Positions 35,097-46,279 of a stretch of DNA of 64,000 nucleotides are shown here, in pieces. The DNA comes from Massalongia carnosa (lineage: Eukaryota): the NCBI GenBank assembly GCA_965645245.1, contig OZ287072.1, forward strand, positions 2,480,001 through 2,544,000, given 5' to 3'. The number at the start of each line of letters is the position of its first letter. Position 1 is the stretch's first letter. A program made the translations under genes and the position numbers. The notes under the pieces are model-generated. The model was not told the origin of the DNA and searched no databases. It was given only the letters and a program-made list of their open reading frames with translations.

Positions 35097-36238
35097 ATGA
35101 GGCCGAGTGAGAAGAAGTGGATGAGGAAAGAATTTTCAGAGGGTGATTCTTAATTTACTTTGACTCAGGGGCCTCACGTGACATAGAACCATCTCAGCTA
35201 GTATTAGACTAGCGATACGTCTAGCCATTAGCGTGCGCCATACTCGTGCGGTAGAAGGTGAGTGCGGCTGAAATGAAGTAACCTGATTTGTACATTCTAA
35301 CAGAAATAGCTTTGCATTGGTTAAAAGAAGTTTTCCATCCACAAACAAGTCACACTCAAGGGGTTTATAGACTGTTGATTGTCGATGGGCATGACAGTCA
35401 TATCACAATGGAATTCATGGAGTTCTGCGATCAAATCAAGATTTTACCCTTGTGTCTACCTCCTCATTCCACCCATCTATTGCAACCATTGGACGTGGGT
35501 GGTTTTGGACCATTGAGTAAGGCCTACAAGCAATTAGTTTCTAGCAGATCTCGTTACGGGGCCGTAAACGTCTCGAAGGTGGAATTTCTAAATCTAATTC
35601 AGGTCGCAAGAAAACAGGCCATGTCCACCACCAACATCCTGAGTGCCTGGCGAGGAACAGGTCTGGTTCCGTACAATCCTCAGCATGTTATAGACAAATT
35701 ACCTAGACCAGTCACTCCTCCATCTTGTCGCGACGTCAATAATGACACTCCCAAAACGACCAAACGGATTCAAGAGGCCAGCGACGTTTTGTTGACTCGT
35801 ATGACTCCGTCTCTCCGGGCGCATGTTGATGTTCTAAAAACAACCGCTTTGAATGCTGTTGCTGATAGAACTATTTTACAGCATACCAATCAGGAATTGA
35901 TTGCCAAACAGGATCAACGACGTCAAAAGACGTCTAGAAAAGGGCATGGAAAAGCAAAAGTGCTGACGGTGGGTAAAGAACGGGAGTTGGTAGAGGAGAA
36001 GAGGCAAAAGGATGAAGCATTGGCCAACAAAAAGGCACGATATCATGCTTTAAATGGGAAAGTGAAGTTCGCGAAGATTGCCTGGAAGGAATTGGCCATG
36101 GACAGTGGTGTTTTTAGCTAGTTTTGATGTTGATAGAGGTAATGCGCTGATGGTGTTTCTCTATTTGGTGATGATGGTGGAGTTTGCGGGTGGCCGGCCC
36201 GAATAGGTGGCTGGCCCGAATAGGTGGCAATTACGTTA

Positions 36239-37650
36239 GTGATAAGTCCGAGAGAATCGCTGCATTTCTAACATCACTACAAAAGCCGGTTGGACTAAAC
36301 CGCAAAGAGTTTAGGGCGTTTAAGAGCGAGGCCTTGCGCTATCGAGTACAAGATGGCCATCTTTATAGACGAAACAGCAAGAACGTACCTTCCAGGCGAG
36401 TGATAGACTCTGATGAGCGGAAGTTGGAAATATTGAAACAGCTACATGACGAGAGTGGACATAGAGGCAGAGAGGGCACATACAGACGCATAGCAGACAG
36501 GTACTGGTGGGAACAATTGCACGATGATGTAAAAGGCTATGTTCTGTCCTGCGAGGAATGTCAGAAACGTGACCCCACTAGGCTCGAGGAAGCACTTCAT
36601 CCGACATGGGTTACCTTCATGTGGCAGAAGGTTGGCTTAGACGTGGTACACATGCCAGCTTGTCGAGGCAAGCACTATATTGTTATGGCCAGAGATGACT
36701 TTTCCGGATGGGTCGAGGGTAGAGCACTAGGAAAAGCTACCGCTCAGAACGTCACGAGATTCTTGTGGGAAGATGTTATATGCAGACATGGATGCTTCGG
36801 AAAACTGATTGTTGATGGTGGACCAGAAAACAAAGATGCTGTTATCGAATTAGCAAATCGATATGGTATCAAAAGAGTAGTTGTTTCTGCCTATCATCCG
36901 CAAGCCAATGGCATGATAGAACGGGGACATCGGCCAGTTGTTCAAGCATTATCCAAAATGACAAATGGAGGCATGGGCAAATGGGTTGATAATCTTCCTG
37001 CAGTACTATGGGCCGACCGTACAACAGTTCGTGCTAGCACCGGCAACACACCTTTCTATCTGAATAGCGGCAATGAGGCTGTTCTACCAATTGAACTGGA
37101 AATTCCAACATGGAGAATATTACCATGGAATGAAGTTCATACAACAGACGAATTGATAGCTATGCGTGCGAGACAAATACAGCGAAGGGACGAAGACATG
37201 GAAGAGACAGCTTTATTCCTGCAAAGACAAAGAATGGAAGGCAAAGAGACCTTTGACACTCTGAACAATCTGAGATCAATTGAACTCACCGAGGGTCAAT
37301 TAATTCTTTTGCACGACACTAAATTAGACAATCAGCACACAGGCAAACTAACGTTCAGGTGGTTGGGACCATATAAAATTCAACAAACAGTTGTTGATAA
37401 GGGAACTTACAAACTATGTGAACTAGACGGCACCCTATTAGCTAGAACCTTTGCAGGAAATTGACTGAAACCATTTCATGCTCGGCAAAATATTAACTTA
37501 CCTCCGATAGAAGAACCTGAGCAACATTATAGTCAGGGGCCGACTATAAACCATGGGGGGGACGAGGACGACCGACAGTCCATGATTCCACCTGGCTGGC
37601 CAATGGCAGTAGTGATTTCTAGCAGACGTGCTGATGCGATGGAGACGGTG
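36239..37650 (+). pseudogene. Gypsy pol part 3 (integrase)
   Basis: HDESGH..CEEC, GLDVV, VDGGPEN, NGMIER, WLGPY; stop at 37464. Confidence 0.9.
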
Positions 37651-38016
37651 GAAAATTGACATACCCGACTACCTATATCGAACGAATTTCCTTAGTAAAA
37701 TGCATATTGTCAGCGGAGGAAGCACACGAACCATCGGAATACTTTCATTTCACATTTACCAAAATTCACCGAAAACTTCACCAACCTTAGTCGAAATTGC
37801 CATCTTCCGAATCCTCACCTCCATGTTTTACCTTTTCCATACTACCAGAACTCAGCAAATTATCTAGCTTTTACTACCTACCTGATCAGCACATATACTA
37901 TCTTCCTATCAGCAAACATCTCTGCTAAGCTCAACTTCTTATCTAAGCGAAAGTCAGCAAGCTACTCGATAACTTGGAACAATTTATCTTACCTTACTTG
38001 CCTTACATCTCTTGGC

Positions 38017-38496
38017 ATGTCTTTCCAATTAGTCATTGTCCTAGGAAATGACCGCTTCCACCGCATGACAGACGCACTAGCTTTTCTTGAGACATTGCCC
38101 CAGCAGACCGATACGAGGGACAGAGGACCATAGAATCGCAGCTAATAGAGTTCCAGCATATGCTAGGGGATAGCATAGTGGACTATTATGACTATGTCAT
38201 ACAGAATGATGCCTGGGCCTCGGTGATGAAAGAAGAAGAGTTCAAAGCTCAATGAGAAGATGTTATTGAGGAGGTGGATATGGCCCAACTGTCACGGGCA
38301 GTTGGAGAATGGAGGAATCGGACACTCAAGGAGGCCATTATTATGTTTCAGCATGTGAAGAAAGCAGAGGAAGAGGACTTTGGGACTAGGTCTTCTTTTC
38401 GGTTAAAGCGAGAGTCACATGGCAGGCCTATTCCTCACATCTCTGATGACATTGATACGACTCCGGGACCCGAGCTGGATGAGGAGGAGTTAGAGT
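38017..38496 (+). pseudogene. Degenerate accessory ORF in the Gypsy 3' region
   Basis: ATG 38017, one frameshift near 38100 and one stop near 38253; ~160 codons of protein-like sequence, cut by the TRIM. Confidence 0.45.
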
Positions 38497-39387
38497 TGTT
38501 AAATAAACAGTTGACGGCATAATGTTGAAATTACTACGGAGGTGACTGCTTATAGCAGTCACGGCAGCCTGCAGGGCTGAGCTAGAACTAATGGGGCTAA
38601 GCGAGTATTCCAACACTCCCCTTCGAGCGTGGCTCCCCTTTCGCCTCCAAAATTGAAACTATCCAGCTTTTATCACTCCCCTTGCGAAGTGATTCATCCA
38701 GCTGTGTCCGATTCGCTCCCCTTGCGGAACGAATCTAGCTCCCTCTGACTCCATTTTCCCTGAGCACGTAGTTCTTTCTTATGTCTTTTGTTATCCTGCT
38801 TTGTAGCCTCATTAAACCCATAACCATCTCTCGAAACGTAGCTTTTGTGAGTGTATGGGTGGATGGGAAGAGTACTATGGACGTGTTTTGTTGATGGCCT
38901 GAGCAGGGCTTTTCTCGATGTCTCTGTTAGACATTTTCCCGCAGACCATTGACGTTGGTGGCCTGATCGCAGGGCTTTTATCTCCCCTTGCTGATCTGAC
39001 CAGTATTGCAAGATGTGAAGTCTTCGAGGCACCGCCCGTTGTAGATGTCCTCCTCAGCACGTTTCGTACGTACACCACTTTCGATGACGTTTCCGCTTCG
39101 TTTCCGCTTCGTTTCTCATCCCTTTCGATGTCGTTTCCGCTTCGTTTTCGCGCTTTCCACGTCTGAACTTTCACCTCACCATCTTCTTGATACGACATGA
39201 TAGTACGTAGTCTATGCATGAAGGATGCCGTCGGAGGGGCGCAAAGCACAAACCCGGGACTCATAACCTGTTAAATAAACAGTTGACGGCATAATGTTGA
39301 AATTACTACGGAGGTGACTGCTTATAGCAGTCACGGCAGCCTGCAGGGCTGAGCTAGAACTAATGGGGCTAAGCGAGTATTCCAACA
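38497..39387 (-). mobile_element. TRIM (miniature non-autonomous LTR retrotransposon)
   Basis: Identical 119-bp LTRs 38497-38615 and 39269-39387, TSD AGAGT, Copia-type PBS GGTTATGAGTCCC, PPT GAAGGGGAG, no retroviral domains. Confidence 0.92.
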
Positions 39388-39477
39388 AGAGTTTGCTGAA
39401 GGCCGGAATGAAGCGAACGGTGGAGTAGGAACAGTGATAGGTGTCAGGGGTCAACACCTAAAGAGAGAGGGGAACTA

Positions 39478-39561
39478 TGTAGGGTGGAGCGGTGATACTC
39501 TAAACTCAAATTGCTAGCGGTTCGGGAGTTGGTTCTTTTCGGCTGATACTCGGTAAAGGTA
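39478..39561 (+). repeat. Gypsy 3' LTR, left part
   Basis: Matches 9934-10018, follows the PPT, and ends at the TA of pogo copy A. Confidence 0.9.
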
Positions 39562-41731
39562 GAAGATTTCCCGAGGAAATGCCGCGCCCGGCGAAATGCC
39601 GCACTTTACAATTCGGCATTAGAATATTGTTTTCGTCGTTGATCAACAACTACAACGATTAATGGAATGTGTATTAAATATAGTATAAATAGAAAGTATA
39701 TACACGATATCCGACCTTAAAAACCTTACATAGCAAAACGCCCTGGGCGCTGGACCCTTCTTCCAGTCGAGGTAGTTAAAACCACCTCCTCTAACCTCTT
39801 TAGCGATAATAACACGAGTAGGCGGCTTTACCTTCTTCTTTCGAGTCTTTTGAACTTTATTAGACCCTGTATACTGCTTCTGCTGCCCGAGCTGTCCCTT
39901 AGGATATCTGTTTGCTGTTTTACGTAACTCCTTCTGAGCCTGCTTCTCAGCGGCCTTTGCTACCTTTGCTTCTGCAGTCAATCGCCGCTTCTCTAGAGCG
40001 ATTGCTACCTTTTCTAGCTTCTCCTCTTCTTTCTGTAACCTTTTAGCAGTAGCTTGTCGTCGCTTCTCGCTAATATCTAGCTGGCGTTGTGCTTCTTCTT
40101 CCTCTTTTGCTGCTTGAAATTCCCTGGCAGCCTGTACTCGCCTAGGACTAAAGAATTGAGGGCCTGAGTCCTCTTCCCCAACTAAATTAAGCCGTTTACC
40201 TCTCTTCCTCCTCTTCTTTTCGTCCTGAAGGGTATTGCAGAGCCCTTTGATCACGTATTTGTTGATAGAGTCCTGGGCAGCAAGGCGTTCGTTAGCCCGG
40301 AAGATCTTTGCTAGTAATAAATTTGTAGGCGCAATATCGTACGCTCGCTGCGTACGGCGAATAGCACGGCTTGTCATTGGTGTTTTTGGCGACTGAGAAG
40401 GAGCCTCGATTATCTGTGGTGTGATAACATTTAGTATAAGGCTCGGATTGTAAGGCCAAATACCGGTTTTTTCGAAGGCAGAAGTAATTTTTTCCTCCGA
40501 AAATGCCTGCTGCCATGCAGGGAAGAAAACGCTCCAAAAGGCTCTTTTTGACATGTTTATCATGCCTAGACTCTCGAACATTAGTCTATTCAGCCCATTG
40601 GTATAGAACGTTGCTAACGGCGCGAATAGAGAAACGTCCAGAGGCTGTAAACGATGCGTAGAGTGCGAAGGTAGAATCAGGAGAAGAATACGTAAGTTAT
40701 CGCATTTATCGATAAACTTAAGATTCACGTGGCTAGAATGACCGTCTACTATCAGTAAACGTCTTCTATTTCTAGCCTTTTGCTTCGTATAACGCTGAAA
40801 AACCTGCTCTAGCCAATTTAGGCCAAGGATATCACAACTCCATCCTTTCGCCGATACTGCAAAGAACGCCTCGTCATTAGGATTTACATCCTCAACCCAT
40901 GTATCCTGGAGTATGCCAGAGTCGCCTTTATAGATCAAGGCAGGAGGTAAAGCGGTTCCGTCGGCCCCGATACAAGCAAGGAGGCTGATAAACTCCCTAT
41001 TCCCGTCCTGGCTTGCATGTGTGATCCGCCCTGATTCAAGGGCCTCTAGCGACATGATACGTTGCGTGGCGCTTGCTTGGCCAATCACAAAGCCCTTTTC
41101 GTCCCAATTGTAAAGGTTTTCCCTCGTGATATTGTATTTTTCGACACCGGCGATTAGCTAATAGAAACATTAGTTATTTTCGATCATAATTAATATTCAA
41201 CAAATAGGAATGGGTAGTTAACACGCTACCAAATCGTAGAATTGCTTAAATAAAGGCGGATACTCAGATTTTATACGCTGGCTATCCATATTTCGAAGAT
41301 AAAGACTTTTAAGCCTATCCTTGTATCGGCGGACAAAATCCCCTGTCCAGTTCTTCCCTACAGGCCCTCCTATCACCTCCTCCGCTAGGTTTCGTACAAT
41401 TCTGGCGGTTGGGGGCAGTCCACGATCGACAAGCCGATTGATTTGCTGAATTAAGGCCTCTTCCTGGGCCAAGGTAAGTCGTTGCTTGTATTTTGACGCG
41501 GCTGCCTTTTGGGACACCGTTTGGCCTTTCCAGCGCCTCCGGAGGGTACTTTCGACTAGGCTAAACCTTTTAGCTGTCCCCCTGAGGTTAGGCTGATCTT
41601 GCTGATTCAGATCAGCAATTGCGAGCTCGATACGAGCGTTGAGGGTGGATTTATTCATGTCTGAAAGTAATGGTTGGAAAGTGAGAAGATGCGGCATTTC
41701 GTCGGGTGCGGCATTTCCTCGGGAAATCTTC
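39562..41731 (-). mobile_element. pogo/Fot1-like transposon, copy A
   Basis: TIRs GAAGATTTCCCGAGGAAATGCCGC with TA flanks. Confidence 0.93.
39726..41658 (-). CDS. pogo-family transposase with a 72-bp intron (41158-41229) and a C-terminal 1-nt frameshift
   Basis: HTH-CENPB-like exon 1, GTAGCG..ACTAAT..TAG intron, YNWDEKGF, LIVDGHSSH, QPLD. Confidence 0.85.
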
Positions 41732-41806
41732 TAAAAGGAGACTTTGGTTGCAGGTAATCGCATTGTGTTGAATATTCAACTTTTAACAGTACAGTGAACA
41801 CCTACC

Positions 41807-44504
41807 GGGAGGCTGTAAAACTCAGAGGTTTTCTATTTTCCATACCATTTAGCTGCCGCAGCCAATTAGTAAGCTAGCACATGACCAAATCTCGTAAATA
41901 TTAATGTCGCGTCTTCCAACCGTAATTCTCATCCCCCTTATTATCACTTTTCTCATACCTCGCTGCTCTCATTTATTGAGGCTATTCAAGATGTCTTCGT
42001 ACTTAGATACCACCAAGCCCGAAAGCCACGTCAACAGTCAGCTAGATAGTCAGCTGGATAGTCAGCTCACCGTCGCCAGAGAATCTTCTCGCTCCGCTTC
42101 GACCCCTATTTCCACTGTCTTGGCTCTACCTTCTCATCTGGTCTCGATGCGTCAGCTTGTCTTTGCATTAGATGCATCAATAACTTGGACTGCGGATAAT
42201 TATGCTTCATACTGGCCGTTTATGGACAACATCTGGGTGCATAATCACACGGAGCCTATTACCAAGAAGAGAACTCAAAAATCATATTGGTTTTGCAGAC
42301 TTTGGAAGCAAGATGCTGACATTAAAAGTCAAGGTTCAGGACGACGTGCTAAACGAATGCGGTTAACTGATGCTTGCTCTATAAAGCTGGCTATGATCAA
42401 ACAATTTGATGAGATCAATGAATTGTTGACGGTGACTTTGAGTCGTCACGTCAACAAGAAGCTTGACGACTCAGTTAATCAGCTGCAACATAATCACATT
42501 TTGGAGGTTGTGGACAATATCAAAATCAACTCCGCCATCAGACTGACGGCTGGTAAAGAGGTGGCAAAAGGATATACCCCGGGAGACGTCAATCGAAACA
42601 TGCAGGGCGTTAGATGGGAAGGGAATCTTGAAGCTTTGAAACAGGCCGGGGGGTCGAATTTCAACTTTCAAACCGTATACAATGCTGGAAGAAGCTTTAA
42701 AAAGCAGAATCCTGATGCACGAATTCAGGGAGCTAGGGAGTCATGGATTAATCAATTGAATAGCTGTTTTGATGCATTGCAGGCATTGGGTGAAGATGTT
42801 CTAGCTGCAAAGCTTGAAATAACTCGTCTCATTGATAGAGAAAGATCACATGCAATAGCATTTGCAAAAAGATCTCGGTTATCAGTATTGATGAACAGTA
42901 CTCATAACACCAATCAGCTAAAATGGAAGTTATTTACATTGATGATTCGTGACGAATGTGGAAGCTGGATTCCCGGAGCCCACATGCTGAGTAGTAACGA
43001 GGACGGTGACATTATAGGAGAGTTTCTTCGTCAGATTAAGCGATGGTCTAGAGCTTGGAGACTTCGATACATTATCACCGACGATTCTGCAGCTGAACAG
43101 CGAGGGGTCAGTCTTGCATTTCGAGGGTTGATCGACGGGGAGATGGAGGTTACTCATCTACTTTGTCGGACTCACTCCGAGCGTACCCTGAATCGAAAAT
43201 TGGTCGGTCCCAATTGCAAAAATGCAAAAAAGCATTTGTATGATGCTCTATATTTCAGAAAAACGAAGCTCGGATGCGATGATAGTCTCAAAAAGGCATT
43301 GGCAGCTGCCCCTGAAGAAAAACGTCAATATATAGATCGAGAATGGGTGCAGACTAAATCCAAATGGGCTAATTACGCACGTCAGCATTCATGCATTTTA
43401 CTGCAGTGCATGACGACTAATGCGGTAGAATCCTGGCACGCATCTATTAAAAAGCATGCTGACGGTGAGACTATTTCTTGAGCTTCATTCGTCATACTAA
43501 TTAGTACTGTAGGTAAAGCGCATTTCATGACTTTTTCTCTGATCGGGGCTGCAAGCCATGTGATTCGAATCGGGGATCAATGGGAAAATCGAGCCCGCAG
43601 CGAAGAGGCTAATTTTCGTACTACTATGACTCCCGAATGTCAGGAATGCCCATATCTTCGAAAATTTCCCTATCCCGTGCAAATGCTCATAGTTGATCAA
43701 TGGAAGCTAGCCGCTAGAAGTTTAGCAGACGGTGATGAGCCGGCAGCTGAGCTGCCTGATGAGCTAATCTGTCCTGTAGACTGTCTATTTTGGCGTCAGT
43801 ATCAACTCCCATGCAGACACTTGTGGCACTATAACATCGTTTTCGACGCGTTTCAGGAAGTCAATTGGACAGTCTGGGCGGAGATGTTTGAGGATAGCGG
43901 CTTCGAGGTGTATGAAACGTCGACTAGGCTGGATTTTGATCATCACGAGGAGGTAGAAAGATCGGATCGACATATGCTACAGATGAGAGAGGTTTTGGAC
44001 GCAATTAAAGACAAATACTACGAAATAGCCGAGTACACCGCCGAATGGACTGCCGAGGAAAGAAATCCACAAATAAAGCGATGGCTAGACTGGTTGGAGA
44101 AGTTGACTGGACCAATCAGAAGACGGGGGGTGGAGGAGGCCTTGCAGGAGTTGGAAGATGAGGAGACGACGACGCTGGCAATGACGATGGCGGCGGAGGA
44201 GAGTAGGAATCGTCGGCGGGATGATGACGAATAAAGAGGGAAATAGGGGGGATTTTATTAGGGGCCGCGGGGAAATTTTTTTATGTGGGCAGCGGCGGGA
44301 ATTTTTATGTGGGCGCCGGGGGGGCGCCGGGGGAGGGTTCTATGTCGGCGAGTTGAATAACTTCAAAACTTGGCGACAGCAGGGTGAGTTGGTATGTAGG
44401 GAGATGTAGGTAGGGAGGGGTAGGTAGGGGTAGGATGCTTATTAAGCGGCTGCGGCAGCTAAAAGATAGGAAAATTACAAAACCTCTGAGTTATACAGTC
44501 ACCC
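41807..44504 (+). mobile_element. Mutator-like element (MULE)
   Basis: Imperfect ~65-bp TIRs (GGGAGGCTGTAAAACTCAGAGG / CCTCTGAGTTATACAGTCACCC) and 9-bp TSD ACACCTACC (41798-41806 and 44505-44513). Confidence 0.92.
41991..44234 (+). CDS. MULE transposase with SWIM finger; intron 43465-43512
   Basis: LMNSTHNTN, YIITDD, LLCRTH, TTNAVESWH, C..DC.......LPCRH. Splicing keeps the reading frame. Confidence 0.85.
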
Positions 44505-44547
44505 ACACCTACCAGTTCAATGAACATAGCACCTACGACTGCCCAAG

Positions 44548-45745
44548 CACGCGGGTGACAAAAAAAACTGCACACACAAACTTTCCCCGCACTTCTATCT
44601 TTGCAATCACCCTCAGCATCAATTGATTAAATGAATCGTACTACCATAACTGAGCATGATAATGACGATGATGACGAAGATCATTATCCTACTCCAGTCA
44701 AACCAAAAGTTCAAGGTGCTGTCGAATTTTGCGAGCGCATGAACATTCCTTACTTCAAAGAGGATGTTTTTCGAGCTTTCAATGTCAGTCACGGTCGGGG
44801 CTGGGAATTTCTTCGCGATAATTCACCTTCTTCATCTTCTCGACGAAGACATAATGATTCAAATCAAGAAGAGACTCGAGGTCGTAAATGTCTCATTACT
44901 CCACGAAAATTCGAGAAATGGAGCGTCTTTTAGAGGAAGAGGGCATAGAAACTCGCGCGTTGACTTGGGAGCAATTGGCTATGAAGTTGGTTTAGACTGC
45001 ACCGGACGAACAGTTCAGAGAGTTATGGGTACTATGAATTATCACAAGTGTGTCTCTTGTAGAAAGGGCTGGGTCAACAAGAAAACAGCGAAAAGTCGAA
45101 TGAATTGGGCTGAGATTCTGCTTCATAAATATCCTGAATCGGAGGATTGGCATCACGTACGATTCAATGACGAGGTGCATTTTGGCTGGGGTTCTCAAGG
45201 GAAATTACGAATAATTCGTCAACCAGGTACACGATATTGTTAGGATTGCATTCAAGAAGCAGACGAACCGAATGAGAAAGATACAAAACGTCATCATTGC
45301 TGGGCCTCCGGAGGACACAATTTCAAGTCGGACATCTACTTTTACGAGATTCCTGGCAATTCGGATGGAAAAATAAGTCAAAAGGCTTACATCGAGCAAA
45401 TTCTCGACCCCATTGTACTTCCATGGCTACAAGCAGGTCAGAATTTCGTTTGGAAGAGGATGGTGATTCGGGTCATGGACCAGGCAAATCAAATATCGTA
45501 CGCACCTGGAAGGAGAAACATGAACTAAAGCACTACTTCAGTTGCCCTTCGTCTCCTGATTTGTCTCCCATTGAGAATTGCTGGCAGTTTCCAAAACAAC
45601 ATCTTCGTAAATATCCACATTAGGACGATGCGACCACTAAGGAGTTGATTTTAGAGGGATGGAACCATGTTTCGCAGAGATTTATCAACGAAAAGGAAGC
45701 TACAATGCCTGACCGTCTCCGAGCAGTTATTTCTGGTGAAGGTGG
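44548..45745 (+). mobile_element. Tc1/IS630-like transposon body (DD37E, defective); 3' end at 9742-9884
   Basis: TIR CACGCGGGTGAC; fragments FNDEVHF, EEDGDSGHG and SPDLSPIEN. Confidence 0.88.
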
Positions 45746-46005
45746 TGTGGAGGGGTGGAGTGGACCTCCACCAGATGGCCAGATGACAGGTGTCTGTACG
45801 CGAGGGTCAGTGCTACCGAACACCATTGCCGGAAGTCACATGATCGCTCCCTATGCCGTCAGTTATATTCCCGCTCGCCCACTTCTTCTGTTCAGTTTGT
45901 CTCTTCATCTCTTCATCTAGTCAGCTAGTCAGTGCACACGTAGCAACTTAACAACGACGATGACCTGATCATTCATTTCTTTTTCATATGATGGCCCAGT
46001 GACAG
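45746..46005 (+). repeat. Gypsy-type solo LTR, main part
   Basis: Starts TGTGGAGGGGTGGAG (like the Gypsy LTR start), interrupts the Tc1 ORF, and is completed by the reverse complement of 9885-9933. Confidence 0.8.
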
Positions 46006-46279
46006 TGTGGAAAGATGAACTGGGTGGTGTGCGTGGTCCACTACTGCTAGGAGTGCAAGAGAACAAACAAACAAGAGAAGAACAGAACAATAGAATAAGA
46101 ACAATAGCTAGACTGATCACTGTAAGCCTCGCGCCTCGTGCCTGATGCCTCGTGCCTGTGAACTGTATGTGTTGATGCTATGTGCTGTGTTGCTATTGCT
46201 ACGAGCATGCTGGCTCTATAAGGAAAAGAACTATCTATAAGTAAACTAAAAGAAAGACTGTCACCTGACTTCCCGGCTA
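46006..46279 (-). repeat. Gypsy 3' LTR, right part (inverted)
   Basis: Reverse complement of ~10017-10291. Confidence 0.93.

Larger units (their letters stand above)
30864..35196 (-). mobile_element. Tyrosine-recombinase retrotransposon (DIRS order, Ngaro-like)
   Basis: gag, RT-RH and YR ORFs. Boundaries are defined by comparison with the uninterrupted sister LTR (GGTAT|GCTAG); no TSD. Confidence 0.9.
25018..35302 (-). mobile_element. Ty1/Copia LTR retrotransposon with TG..TA LTRs
   Basis: 197-bp LTRs at 25018-25214 and 30773-30863 + 35197-35302. TSD GAAAT (25013-25017 and 35303-35307). PBS GGTTATGAGCCC at 30772 on the minus strand. Confidence 0.93.
24151..36236 (+). mobile_element. pogo/Fot1-like DNA transposon, interrupted by a Copia
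   Basis: TIRs ACGTAATTGCCACCTATTCGGGCC with TA on both sides. Transposase 24264-25017 (HTH, YNMNEKGF, GWTD) continues 35303-36121 (LIVDGHDSH, QPLD). Confidence 0.92.
9934..39561 (+). mobile_element. Ty3/Gypsy LTR retrotransposon with multiple nested insertions; 3' LTR split
   Basis: 5' LTR 9934-10291, PBS TTTGGCGACCAC, gag-PR, RT (FLDD)-RH-IN, PPT AAAGAGAGAGGGGAA. 3' LTR is 39478-39561 plus the inverted piece 46006-46279. 4-bp TSD CTGT (9930-9933 and reverse complement of 46002-46005). Confidence 0.93.

Noticed and set aside
36184..36238. N-terminus of the 426-aa integrase ORF
   Set aside because: Read-through from the pogo TIR, not a real start.
38694..39264. ORFs inside the TRIM
   Set aside because: No gag or pol motifs; the 129-aa ORF starts within the PBS and is low-complexity.
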